Virus record (IMG/VR): IMGVR_UViG_3300050821_004478
DNA length: 64,000 nucleotides
Direction: 5' to 3' (one strand)
Origin: a virus
In this document: positions 9,237 to 17,998 of the stretch, piece by piece
Layout of the letters: each line of letters starts with the position of its first letter
How positions within the stretch are numbered: the first letter of the stretch is position 1
Position numbers and translations under genes: made by a program
Notes under the pieces: model-generated
Database searches by the model: none
What the model saw: the letters and a program-made list of their open reading frames with translations, nothing else
What the model was told of the DNA's origin: nothing

Positions 9237-9415
9237 GACACGACTGCTTCGCAAAGGGTAAGGCCGGGGAGTACATATGGCTATGCTCCCGCTGCCAACT
9301 CTGTTACGTTTGTTATCACAGAGCGGTTTTCTTTTTCGACGCAGATCAGTGGATGTGGAAAACAAAGAAGGGCAAGTTCGAGGAAGTCATCTTAGACGGG
9401 AGACTACATGAGTGA
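9233..9415 (+). CDS. Cys-rich small hypothetical protein
   Basis: GTGA overlap with the upstream gene. 60 aa with CSRCQLCYVC. Confidence 0.4.
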   Translation: MRHDCFAKGKAGEYIWLCSRCQLCYVCYHRAVFFFDADQWMWKTKKGKFEEVILDGRLHE

Positions 9416-9746
9416 CAAAAAGCTACACAAGAAACAGCCCCAGAAGCAGGCCGCGCCGTTAACGCAGGAAGAGTTTGCCGCATTGCAGATCGCAAAGGTG
9501 AAGGCCCAAGCGGAAGCGAAGGCGGAACGAGAGCGCGTCGAACTTTTCGCTCGCGCGTTGCCGAAATTGTCCCACGGTCAACTCGTGAAGGAATTGAAGA
9601 AGGCTGTCCATAGAGAGTACGCGGGTAAGCCGCCCCAGCCCCAGGCCGGGTTGAGCATCGCCTCGGGAGCAATTTTACTTACGGTGTTGGAGAACACCAA
9701 TACCCCGGAGAATCCTTTCGGAAGACTGCACTCGTACCCGCGATGA
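9408..9746 (+). CDS. hypothetical protein
   Basis: ATGAGTGA overlap with the upstream gene. Lys/Ala-rich helical N-terminus. Confidence 0.5.
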   Translation: MSDKKLHKKQPQKQAAPLTQEEFAALQIAKVKAQAEAKAERERVELFARALPKLSHGQLVKELKKAVHREYAGKPPQPQAGLSIASGAILLTVLENTNTPENPFGRLHSYPR

Positions 9747-9886
9747 AAAACAAACGCCTCATCGAGATTATGATAAGCATTCACAAGAAGGTAGATGTGA
9801 ATGCGTTGTCCGACGATCAATGGCGCGAATATCAGAAGGAACGTCAGGAAATGGAACAAGAGTTAAAGGAATATCAACGTGTTTGA
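9743..9886 (+). CDS. small hypothetical protein (47 aa)
   Basis: ATGA overlap with the upstream gene. Below the ORF-track length cutoff. Confidence 0.4.
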   Translation: MKNKRLIEIMISIHKKVDVNALSDDQWREYQKERQEMEQELKEYQRV

Positions 9887-9965
9887 ACTGTTATTCTGCC
9901 CTCAACACGGGATTCCTGCAGTCGTTATCGCGTTCCTCACCGGGAGCGACCCAGGAATTTTGTAC

Positions 9966-9994
9966 TTGACATGTCAGATGCATTATGCTAGAGT
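9966..9994 (+). promoter_or_regulatory. sigma70-like promoter (TTGACA-N17-TAGAGT)
   Basis: Intergenic, 28 nt upstream of the AGGAGG RBS and ATG at 10022. Confidence 0.6.
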
Positions 9995-10021
9995 CGTATC
10001 GTTGTTCAAAAGGAGGGCCTA

Positions 10022-10276
10022 ATGGCTCAAACATTAACGGAAATACAAAGAACCTTGCTTGGCATCATCGTCGCCGTTGAATCTGGCGTTACCACACCGG
10101 AGGAGGCTGTTGACGAATTGAACAAACTGAAAGCCAAGGCCGCGAAGGCTGGTCTCAATTTCAGAGCGGATTACTTGTTGGCCGACTTCCAAGAAATTAG
10201 AAAAAATTCCATTTCCTCGTATGAATCAAGTACATACGTGGAGCCAGTCTATGAAAGTTCTTCTTCGAGCTACTGA
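10022..10276 (+). CDS. hypothetical protein
   Basis: AGGAGG RBS and its own promoter. 84 aa. Confidence 0.55.
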   Translation: MAQTLTEIQRTLLGIIVAVESGVTTPEEAVDELNKLKAKAAKAGLNFRADYLLADFQEIRKNSISSYESSTYVEPVYESSSSSY

Positions 10277-11208
10277 TGATTCTGATTGGCTCACAAGCAC
10301 TCAAGATTGGATTGGAAAAGATCGGTCTGCCTCTAGGCAGAGTGCCGACCGACTTCGATTTTCTCGCACGTCCAGGCGAGCGCCAATTGGCAGACCTAGT
10401 TGGAGGAGCTAATCTAACCGTTGTAAAGGTTAGCCAAGACAAAGCACTTTTGAAGTCGCCGCACGGCAATATGATCGAAATTGATTACACGCGTCCTGGG
10501 ACATCAAACGTATTGTACGATCAGTGGGCCGAGACAATGGCGAAGCTAGATACCGCCGAGTTCTTTGGGATGCAGATCGAGGTCGCGCCGCTGGAGATGC
10601 TGTACAGCTTGAAGAAGTCGCATCGCCACAGTCCCCGGATGTTCGAGAAGCATGTCAAAGACTACAATGCTCTTCGCGTGATCTTTAATGGCAAGGATGC
10701 GTTCTCCAAGATTACGGCGACGCGATACGCGGAGGTCGCGGCTAGAGAAAAGCTGCGCACCCCAAGTCTAAACAAGTCCACGGTAGACTTCTTCGATGAC
10801 AAAGTCTCGAATCGCACCTTCATCCACGACCAGATTCACGAGGTGATGGCGCACGGTGATCGACCGATGTTCGAGAAGATCAAGATCGACCCGGACAAGG
10901 TCGCGTGTTCCAAGGAAAAGTTTTACGCGCTGCATTATCGGGAGCGCGCCGCCTGCGTGCAAGAGGAGGCATATGTTATCGCGCTGGAGCGGGCGATGAT
11001 ACCGATGCTCTTCGAGGGCGAAAAGATCGCCAATCCCCTGGCCGCATACAAGTGGGCCGTGATGCGAATCTGCACCACGCTGTGCTCTGGCTGGTTTCGC
11101 GAGTGGGCCGTGGAGAACTACGACAATATCATTCTGCTGTACAATAAGGATTACGTGGAGAAATTTTTGAAAGCGGTCGAATCGGGTCGCATTGAAAGGA
11201 TAAAATGA
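10276..11208 (+). CDS. hypothetical protein (weak Pol-beta-type nucleotidyltransferase-like N-terminus)
   Basis: TGATG overlap with the upstream gene. N-terminus reads ILIGSQAL...VPTDFDFL (GS...DxD-like). The motif assignment is tentative. Confidence 0.5.
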   Translation: MILIGSQALKIGLEKIGLPLGRVPTDFDFLARPGERQLADLVGGANLTVVKVSQDKALLKSPHGNMIEIDYTRPGTSNVLYDQWAETMAKLDTAEFFGMQIEVAPLEMLYSLKKSHRHSPRMFEKHVKDYNALRVIFNGKDAFSKITATRYAEVAAREKLRTPSLNKSTVDFFDDKVSNRTFIHDQIHEVMAHGDRPMFEKIKIDPDKVACSKEKFYALHYRERAACVQEEAYVIALERAMIPMLFEGEKIANPLAAYKWAVMRICTTLCSGWFREWAVENYDNIILLYNKDYVEKFLKAVESGRIERIK

Positions 11209-11360
11209 GCAACGCACCTTATCAAGTCGAGATTAAGCGTTTGACAACAATTTCAGAGCGCCAATCCAAGATGCTCGCGCAGGCGTTCTCCATCGGTTGT
11301 ATGCGCTTCGTTGGCGTGAACCGCACGAAGTTGATTCGATGGGCCAAGGCGGGGAAGTGA
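11205..11360 (+). CDS. small hypothetical protein (51 aa)
   Basis: ATGA overlap with the upstream gene. Below the ORF-track length cutoff. Confidence 0.4.
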   Translation: MSNAPYQVEIKRLTTISERQSKMLAQAFSIGCMRFVGVNRTKLIRWAKAGK

Positions 11361-11575
11361 ACGAAAAGAAACAATACCTGATCTACGGAGTTCTCGTGGA
11401 GGCCGTCAAGTCCGAGGGCAGCGGCTTCTACGATCTCACTATACCGGTGACAGGTGATAAACAGCGATACCTAGCAGACGTATTCGAAGATATCGCTATG
11501 CCCCTGGGAGCGTGCGCGACTCATCGAACGCCGCACCCGAAGAACGCTGATTGCAGGGAATGGAGCCACGTATGA
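11357..11575 (+). CDS. hypothetical protein
   Basis: GTGA overlap with the upstream gene. An alternative ATG lies at 11339. Confidence 0.45.
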   Translation: MNEKKQYLIYGVLVEAVKSEGSGFYDLTIPVTGDKQRYLADVFEDIAMPLGACATHRTPHPKNADCREWSHV

Positions 11576-11805
11576 GTCATCTAAGATTTGATCTAAAACC
11601 GAATCCCGGCAACAAGACCTGCCGGTGGTTGATCGTCAATCCCGCAGGTGACCCAGATACCGGCTCGGGCCAGCTTGGCTTCATCGAGTATCGCCCCACT
11701 TGGCGGCGATATGTGTGGGGCACGCTTAACAATGCAATATTCGATGTCGATTGTACCCAGGAGATCGTGGACTTCCTGCGGCTACACAAGGATGATAGAC
11801 AGTGA
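11572..11805 (+). CDS. hypothetical protein
   Basis: ATGA overlap with the upstream gene. Confidence 0.5.
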   Translation: MSHLRFDLKPNPGNKTCRWLIVNPAGDPDTGSGQLGFIEYRPTWRRYVWGTLNNAIFDVDCTQEIVDFLRLHKDDRQ

Positions 11806-12101
11806 TCGTTGGATTCCAGCCGGGAGGCAGCGTGCGGGATGCGCGCGTCGTGCTGCAGCCGAACGAGACTGTCCCGAACCGCTACAACGTTCCGGAGGCC
11901 GTTATCTACAGGGAGGACCCGGAGACCTTTGAATGGATTATGGTGAAGCCGAAGTTCTCCGTCTTGCCGGTTGACTCGCCGCTTCTGTCCCAACCGACCC
12001 TCCCGGAGGTCGAATTATTTCCCTTGACAACGGGGGAAAACTCTGATACGCTGTTTGAGCATCAAGACATTATCAATTTAGAGGAAGAGGTGAAGGAATG
12101 A
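11802..12101 (+). CDS. hypothetical protein
   Basis: GTGA overlap with the upstream gene. Confidence 0.5.
   Translation: MIVGFQPGGSVRDARVVLQPNETVPNRYNVPEAVIYREDPETFEWIMVKPKFSVLPVDSPLLSQPTLPEVELFPLTTGENSDTLFEHQDIINLEEEVKE
12024..12052 (+). promoter_or_regulatory. sigma70-like promoter candidate (TTGACA-N17-TACGCT)
   Basis: Lies inside the 3' end of the upstream ORF, ahead of the 12098 gene. Confidence 0.4.
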
Positions 12102-12583
12102 CGCTCACCACGCGGGAGAAATTTCTGCTGGTAATTTTGGCAGCCGTTCTGTGCTCCTGGCTCTTCGGATGTAAGAGGGAACACTATGTCGGTGTTCCTT
12201 CTCCCACCAACGGCATAACTGACGTAGCGCATCTACAGCAAGCTTACGCCGTCTACAACGAGGGTTATTTTCAAAACAAGCTGACCAAGACACCGGTAAT
12301 CGACATGCTGGAGTCAGACGACGGGAATATGGCGAGCACCCTTTGTGATGTGGACCGTAGTTGCATCATTCACTTTAATCTAAAGTTCGTCTTAGCGCCC
12401 CGAGTCGGGGACCAGACCCTTCTTCACGAAATGTGCCACGTCCAGACTTGGATGCAGGATATGGACCGGAACGGCGACCAAGTCGATCACGGGCGACATT
12501 GGCGCAGTTGCATGCTGAATCTGGATGCGCAAGGCGCTTTCCGAGAGATTCTGATCGACGACTACGCGGAGACAATGCCATGA
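12098..12583 (+). CDS. lipoprotein with SprT-like HExxH zinc-metallopeptidase motif
   Basis: Lipobox LFGC after a hydrophobic N-terminus. LLHEMCHV motif. Confidence 0.6.
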   Translation: MTLTTREKFLLVILAAVLCSWLFGCKREHYVGVPSPTNGITDVAHLQQAYAVYNEGYFQNKLTKTPVIDMLESDDGNMASTLCDVDRSCIIHFNLKFVLAPRVGDQTLLHEMCHVQTWMQDMDRNGDQVDHGRHWRSCMLNLDAQGAFREILIDDYAETMP

Positions 12584-12963
12584 AATTTAGTATTATAGTT
12601 CGTAAGCAAGGTAAAAAAGAGACGTGGCGGGAAGATTACAACCGAACAGATGTTCTCAATCTGGACGAGGCAGCCCATTGGGGCCGCAAGCTGATAGACG
12701 CATTCAACGACTCTTTGAGGTCCTACGAAGAGCCGCGAGAATATGTAGGTGTTCAAGAATCTCCAGACAGCGTGGCCGTTGCTCCCCACGAATGGCACAA
12801 GACCAATCTGGTCACGATTATCAAGGGTCACGAGGCTTACGATACAGCGATATGCCTGCGCTGTAATATCACAGGCAAGCGCTTTGGACTCGGTGGCGTG
12901 ACGATTGACCCGAAGTTCAAGGCCAAAAAATACCAAAGCTGCAACCCGAAAGGAAAATCATGA
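12580..12963 (+). CDS. hypothetical protein
   Basis: ATGA overlap with the upstream gene. Confidence 0.5.
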   Translation: MKFSIIVRKQGKKETWREDYNRTDVLNLDEAAHWGRKLIDAFNDSLRSYEEPREYVGVQESPDSVAVAPHEWHKTNLVTIIKGHEAYDTAICLRCNITGKRFGLGGVTIDPKFKAKKYQSCNPKGKS

Positions 12964-13154
12964 CAGCCAAACAACTAGCCAATTTACCTCTCGGCTCCCG
13001 GGTCCGACTGGAAGGCCCTGGTGGCGAGGAAGGTGTGATAATCAAAATCGGGCCAGTGGTATATATTAGTTGGCCGGATTCGGATGTCGTGAATTATGTG
13101 GACACGAATTCACCGAAGTGGCGAACGTTCATAAGCTGGCTGGAGATCGCATGA
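12960..13154 (+). CDS. hypothetical protein
   Basis: ATGA overlap with the upstream gene. Confidence 0.5.
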   Translation: MTAKQLANLPLGSRVRLEGPGGEEGVIIKIGPVVYISWPDSDVVNYVDTNSPKWRTFISWLEIA

Positions 13155-13252
13155 TAGCCGGACACGGGTTAAGCATCTCCGGTCTCATTCTGGGAATCCT
13201 CATGATCGCGGCGCTAGAAATTTGGACTCGCTGGCTGTGGAGAAGAAAATGA
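13151..13252 (+). CDS. small single-pass membrane peptide (33 aa)
   Basis: ATGA overlap with the upstream gene. Hydrophobic core GLILGILMIAAL followed by a basic tail. Confidence 0.4.
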   Translation: MIAGHGLSISGLILGILMIAALEIWTRWLWRRK

Positions 13253-13431
13253 AAAATCGCACCCTTGAGGTCTTTATTTTGATAGTGCTTTTCTCATGGA
13301 TAACTCTTGTTGCATTCGACGCCCGCCGCAAAAATAATGAGTGCCACAACCAATGCGCCCACGGCAACCGGGCCTGCCAAGATCGCTGTTTCAAACAAGA
13401 ATTCTGTCCCGAGGGAGACTTACCAAGATGA
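13249..13431 (+). CDS. small membrane-anchored Cys-rich protein
   Basis: ATGA overlap with the upstream gene. One TM helix, then CHNQCAHGNRACQDRC. Confidence 0.45.
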   Translation: MKNRTLEVFILIVLFSWITLVAFDARRKNNECHNQCAHGNRACQDRCFKQEFCPEGDLPR

Positions 13432-13574
13432 AACACACCCGCGCTCTGATCTTTATCGCCGCCACTTTAATCTCGATTGGAATATTCTTGACGACTGGAT
13501 TGTATTGCGTCCGACTCATCAACGCGATTTATGGGACGCACCAACCCCGGTATCAAGTGATGAGACTAAAATAA
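13428..13574 (+). CDS. small membrane peptide (48 aa)
   Basis: ATGA overlap with the upstream gene. Contains one TM helix. Confidence 0.4.
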   Translation: MKHTRALIFIAATLISIGIFLTTGLYCVRLINAIYGTHQPRYQVMRLK

Positions 13575-13578
13575 TCCT

Positions 13579-13607
13579 TGACAAACTTTCCGAACTGTGA
13601 GAGACTT
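13579..13607 (+). promoter_or_regulatory. sigma70-like promoter candidate (TTGACA-N17-GAGACT)
   Basis: Sits immediately upstream of the integrase GGAGAA RBS and ATG at 13627. Confidence 0.4.
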
Positions 13608-13626
13608 GGTGCATGGAGAAAACAAG

Positions 13627-14526
13627 ATGACGTTTCAATCACAGGCTGAGACTTTCATGTCTGAAATTGCCCTTCGCAAAAGTGACCCCGCGAAAGTGAA
13701 CACTTTGCGCGTCTATCGCTCCATCATCGACTTCCGTCTCCTACCTGCCATCGGCGGGCTGGAATTGCAGGAGGTCAACAACCGAACTGTCAAGGTACTC
13801 GTTGGCCGTCTCGCAGAGGCTGATCTGAGTCCCGCCACCATAACCTTGGCAGTCAGTCTCGTGAAGCAGGTTGTCAAGTCTGCGGTAGACGACGAAGGAA
13901 ATCAACTTTATCCCAGAACGTGGAATACCCGCTTTATCGACGCCCCGAAGATCGACAAATCAGCCCAGAGGACCCCAATTGCCACATCCCTGGCGCTGGG
14001 AGGCGCTGTGGCAGCCGTAAGGGGCGAAGTGGGGGGATTAGTGGCCCTCCTGGCTGGGACCGGCCTACGGGTCGGGGAGGCCCTTGCCATGCATAAGATC
14101 GACGACGGGGTGTCCAACTATTGGGACCCGGCAGCCGGGACCATCGCGGTACGCGCGACCCTGGTCAACGGCAAGTTGCAAGACTCCACCAAGACCAAGG
14201 CCGGGACCCGTATCGTGGACTTAGACCCGGCACTGAATAGCCTCCTGCATTCGGTATTCGCGATTCGCGATTCAAAAATATTTGTATCCTCGGAGCGCAC
14301 TCTTCGCCGCCGCATAGAAGAACTCGGGCTAGAAGGTTTTCACTCCATGCGCCGCTTCCGCATCACCCACCTGCAAGCCGCGAGCGTCCCCGCGACCCTG
14401 GTGAAGTTTTGGGCCGGTCACGCGGCGGGCGATGTTTCTGAAAGATACACAAAATTTGGGGAGCAGATTATGGTCAGAAAAACATGGGCCGATAAGGCAG
14501 GTTTGGGGTTCGATCTTCATGCGTAA
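13627..14526 (+). CDS. int: tyrosine recombinase / phage integrase
   Basis: SAM-like N-terminal domain. Catalytic-region pattern TGLRVGEAL ... HSMRRFRITHL ... GH ... ERY. Confidence 0.8.
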   Translation: MTFQSQAETFMSEIALRKSDPAKVNTLRVYRSIIDFRLLPAIGGLELQEVNNRTVKVLVGRLAEADLSPATITLAVSLVKQVVKSAVDDEGNQLYPRTWNTRFIDAPKIDKSAQRTPIATSLALGGAVAAVRGEVGGLVALLAGTGLRVGEALAMHKIDDGVSNYWDPAAGTIAVRATLVNGKLQDSTKTKAGTRIVDLDPALNSLLHSVFAIRDSKIFVSSERTLRRRIEELGLEGFHSMRRFRITHLQAASVPATLVKFWAGHAAGDVSERYTKFGEQIMVRKTWADKAGLGFDLHA

Positions 14527-14562
14527 ACAACGTCAAAAAGCTATACCTTTTTAGGAGGAAAC

Positions 14563-15054
14563 ATGACTGATCTTAGAGAGATGGGAATTTGTGACTTCTG
14601 GGGAGAACCCCACGCGTTTAATGCAGGTGCCCCGAATTGTCGCAACTGGCGTCCTGTGAAGCCAATCGAATTCGACAAGACTGTCGAGGTCGTGAACCAG
14701 AAGAACTCCTTCGGCGTCTGGATTGACGGAATCTTCCGCCCGGTCGACCTGGGCGCATTAGTCAAAATCTTCCAAGTGAAAGACGCGGCGATGGACGAGT
14801 TGAAGAGAGAGAACCTGCGGCTGCAGTCGGAGGTTCAGAAGCTGATATTCCAAGTTGACAACGAGAGGGAGATCGGAAAGCAGATTGGCCGCTGCTTGAA
14901 GGACGAGCAGGAGAAGACCATGAATGCTCAAATGTTCGGCGTCTCCTGCGTCTGCAAGTGGCAGAGCGGGAAAGTCGTATCTCTCTGCGGCGCGCATCAG
15001 ATGGCGACAAACGAAATCGCAGAAAAATTCCGCAAGTTGACGGAGAGTCTATGA
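14563..15054 (+). CDS. hypothetical protein (coiled-coil segment)
   Basis: TAGGAGGA RBS. 163 aa. Confidence 0.55.
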   Translation: MTDLREMGICDFWGEPHAFNAGAPNCRNWRPVKPIEFDKTVEVVNQKNSFGVWIDGIFRPVDLGALVKIFQVKDAAMDELKRENLRLQSEVQKLIFQVDNEREIGKQIGRCLKDEQEKTMNAQMFGVSCVCKWQSGKVVSLCGAHQMATNEIAEKFRKLTESL

Positions 15055-15437
15055 GGCTCCCCGGCTTCCTCCGCAGGTGGGCCGCAATGTATCTCGTGTG
15101 GAACAAGAACGAGATCGGCGGCATCCTCTACGATTACGCGAACGGAAATTGGAATGTGATCTGCCAGTGGGAGACAGACGCGGATAGGAAGGCAGCGATA
15201 GCCATAGTCGACAACATGCAAGACAGAGAGGAAGACGAGATTTACGTCAACGCGATTAAAACGAATGCCGGTGCGGGTCTCTTCATCGTGGAGGATTCCA
15301 ACTTCGGGTATTTCTTCCGCGCATTTCATCCCGGCGCGTACGAGATTGAAGAGGCTTTATTGGACACGGCGGCGCGGTGCCGCAAGATCGCGACGAAGAT
15401 GGGATACAGGAAGCCGGACGACGAGGAGGCTGTATGA
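15051..15437 (+). CDS. hypothetical protein
   Basis: ATGA overlap with the upstream gene. Confidence 0.5.
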   Translation: MRLPGFLRRWAAMYLVWNKNEIGGILYDYANGNWNVICQWETDADRKAAIAIVDNMQDREEDEIYVNAIKTNAGAGLFIVEDSNFGYFFRAFHPGAYEIEEALLDTAARCRKIATKMGYRKPDDEEAV

Positions 15438-15664
15438 GCGTGAAGACTATATCTTTTCAGACAAGGACGGAGCAAGTTATCTACAACATGATGATCGCAG
15501 CGTTAAAGGACTTCAAACTGATGGAAGATCGGTTGGCCTCTGCGCAATACCGCGCAAGGCAGGTGGCGAGTTTTCCTCCTTGGCTCCAGGAAGAGCAAGA
15601 GGGCGCAGCAAAACAGGAACTGAAAGACGCCCAGGCGGCTTACGATAACCTGGGTGGAGTATGA
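15434..15664 (+). CDS. hypothetical protein
   Basis: ATGA overlap with the upstream gene. Confidence 0.5.
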   Translation: MSVKTISFQTRTEQVIYNMMIAALKDFKLMEDRLASAQYRARQVASFPPWLQEEQEGAAKQELKDAQAAYDNLGGV

Positions 15665-15789
15665 CACTCCTCCAGATTCTCGCTCTCTCAGGACTGTGCG
15701 CCTTTGTGATCTTGGGCGCCTTTGTGATCTTGGGCGTCTTCATCCTAGCCTGCATTGCCACTTTCGAGGACGATTACAACGGCTGGTGA
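15661..15789 (+). CDS. small membrane peptide (42 aa) containing an 18-bp tandem duplication
   Basis: ATGA overlap with the upstream gene. Sequence LSGLCAFVILGAFVILGVFILACIA. Confidence 0.4.
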   Translation: MTLLQILALSGLCAFVILGAFVILGVFILACIATFEDDYNGW

Positions 15790-15827
15790 TGACGTTTCTA
15801 TATCATCAGTACCAATAAATGAGATTT

Positions 15828-16655
15828 TTATAGTTTCGATGAAGAAAATTGGTAAGGTTCGAAGTCTCTCGCGTACTGATCGGTAGGCTTCACCGTCGCT
15901 AGCAAGTAGCGGGCGCGCTCAATTCTCTTCCCCAGGTCCGCCTCGTTGTTCTGGTAGATGTCCAAGCTGCCGTATCCTCGAAATCCTACATGCGCGCATA
16001 CCGGCGTCTCCGGATACACGCAAGACATCCCCTCCTGCTTCATCACCCGTCTAATCAGCCAATCGTCCAGCGTTGAAACCTCCCACGGCGGGAAGTGTTT
16101 GTCGCAGTATGCCTTTGTGTCTTGGAAATATTCAGAGTTGATGTGTGGGACCAGGGCATCGAGGAGAGGTCTGCGAAGACAAGAACCCGGGTTACAATAA
16201 AGGTCTCTGTATTGCCAACGGAGATCGGGATGTTTGCGGCCACAAGAAGCTGCAACCTTATTAGATTGCTCTGGCCCAATACAACCTTTAATGGCTGACC
16301 GATGCCACGTAAAAAATGTCTGAGGATACACGAGTACATCTTCTTCAATCAGCCAGCAACGCTCGGCTCCGGTTTCGTATCCGGCTTTTAGAGACATCAA
16401 AATGTTGTAGGTACCGGAGGCGACTTTAGTGTGGGGCTTGGCGTGAAAAATCTGCGCTCTAGGAAGATACTTGTCTCGGACATATTCTACCTCGGCCACC
16501 CGCATCTCAGGAGACGTATCTAGAAAGATTCGGACGTCGTCAGGGGCATTGATAGCTTGTTCAAGTTTTTCAAGACACAGTGCTAATAACTCGGGCCGCG
16601 CAAAAGTTGGTATTACAATAATCTCGCTCAATGTGGCCTCCCGGACATCGGGCAT
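15828..16655 (-). CDS. GT-A-fold glycosyltransferase-like protein
   Basis: N-terminus IIVIPTFARPELLALCLEKL resembles the GT2 N-terminus. Acidic EED at LIEEDVLV. Confidence 0.45.
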   Translation of the reverse strand: MPDVREATLSEIIVIPTFARPELLALCLEKLEQAINAPDDVRIFLDTSPEMRVAEVEYVRDKYLPRAQIFHAKPHTKVASGTYNILMSLKAGYETGAERCWLIEEDVLVYPQTFFTWHRSAIKGCIGPEQSNKVAASCGRKHPDLRWQYRDLYCNPGSCLRRPLLDALVPHINSEYFQDTKAYCDKHFPPWEVSTLDDWLIRRVMKQEGMSCVYPETPVCAHVGFRGYGSLDIYQNNEADLGKRIERARYLLATVKPTDQYARDFEPYQFSSSKL

Positions 16656-17089
16656 TTTTTCTTGTTACTTTTACCACCGGGGCCATTACAGTTATTACAA
16701 AGAACTTGATACCCTTTGGGATATCTGTTTTTTCTGAGAAAATTTAAGAGAGCACAGCTAGAAATTCTTCTGCCGTTCTTTCCCAGATGTTTATAACCAT
16801 TGCCTTTGATGTGATCTAGTTGTAGAAAGCCAAAATAAATTGTTCGGCACCCTAGGCACATGCATTTCAATTTACCTTTACTATAGTATGTAAGCACATC
16901 TCGACGCAATCGCGACGCAGCTTCTCGCACTGATCTATTTATAATTTTTCTGTATTGGGGATTTTTTCTGCGATCTCGCATGCGCAAACGGCCATATCTT
17001 CTGCTGCGATAAAGGACACAGTCATCACAATATTTCTTAGTGTTGTGATAACTTCTTCTGATTGATTTTCTGCATCTTAAGCATTCCAT
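16628..17089 (-). CDS. HNH homing endonuclease
   Basis: Motif LQLDHIKGNG...VLCNNCN preceded by Cys pairs. Confidence 0.7.
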   Translation of the reverse strand: MECLRCRKSIRRSYHNTKKYCDDCVLYRSRRYGRLRMRDRRKNPQYRKIINRSVREAASRLRRDVLTYYSKGKLKCMCLGCRTIYFGFLQLDHIKGNGYKHLGKNGRRISSCALLNFLRKNRYPKGYQVLCNNCNGPGGKSNKKKCPMSGRPH

Positions 17090-17228
17090 TTTCTTTCTCC
17101 TGAATAGAAAGAGGCCGGAAGCGATTCAGGCGCTCCCGGCTCATTGCTTCATGAAACAAATTCTTCATCGAAACCAGAAAAACCTCATTTATGAACGCCG
17201 ATGACATAAAAACATCATCGACAAAGTT

Positions 17229-17417
17229 TTACCGAGATCGGCTTAATTCTTTCTGTCCGCCCTCGACCTTCGGCATCCCTTCTTTCTGAAACTTCTGTGG
17301 GTCAAAGTCGTCGAACGCTGCATCCCACTTCTTATCCGGTACGCTGATGTTCGCTGTGAACTGCGCTCGTATTGAGCCACGAGCTAAAGCATCGCCACCA
17401 CCAATATTATTCAGCAT
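17229..17417 (-). CDS. hypothetical protein
   Basis: 62-aa ORF overlapping the upstream gene's stop. Confidence 0.45.
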   Translation of the reverse strand: MLNNIGGGDALARGSIRAQFTANISVPDKKWDAAFDDFDPQKFQKEGMPKVEGGQKELSRSR

Positions 17418-17998
17418 TTGATTTTCTCCTTTTCTATATATTCTCCGTGCTTAGGTGCAAACGTCTTACAAAGTTTTCCCGATTCAATCAAGCCAACTAC
17501 TTGATTACAGGCTCGACAAAGTAGGCATCGAACGCATGAGCCACAAGATTCGTCTCCATTGTTACAGCATGTATGGTCGTGGTCGACACAAAGACGCTCA
17601 ATAGTTTCCGGTTTCTTACAGATGGCGCAAACAACTTCCCCGTCAGAGTTGGTTTGACGTTTTCTCATTGACAAAAGACGATCTATGGATAAGCCGAATC
17701 TTGAAACTTGAAGAAGCAATCGCTTCCATCCCCTAGGTCCACCATTCTCTTTAACACACTGAGCGCAATTCACCGGGTGTTGACGACCATGTGTATAATG
17801 CGGAGCTATAAATTCGTGACCGTTCGCCTCGCATCTTAATACAGGAACCCAATTCTTTTGAGAGTTATCCCAGCATTTAACCGCTCGCCCCGTGTAGACC
17901 GCGTGCAAGCCTCCATTAAGCCGAATGCGCGTTCCTCGTAGTTTCCCGATGCTATCTGTGGCACGGGCTTTCATTCTTGTTATTTGACGATTATTCAT
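17411..17998 (-). CDS. endonuclease VII-family (HNH-like) nuclease
   Basis: Motif CAICKK...LCVDHDH...CLLCRACNQVVG. Start trimmed to the ATG at 17998, which overlaps the upstream stop. Confidence 0.65.
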   Translation of the reverse strand: MNNRQITRMKARATDSIGKLRGTRIRLNGGLHAVYTGRAVKCWDNSQKNWVPVLRCEANGHEFIAPHYTHGRQHPVNCAQCVKENGGPRGWKRLLLQVSRFGLSIDRLLSMRKRQTNSDGEVVCAICKKPETIERLCVDHDHTCCNNGDESCGSCVRCLLCRACNQVVGLIESGKLCKTFAPKHGEYIEKEKIKC

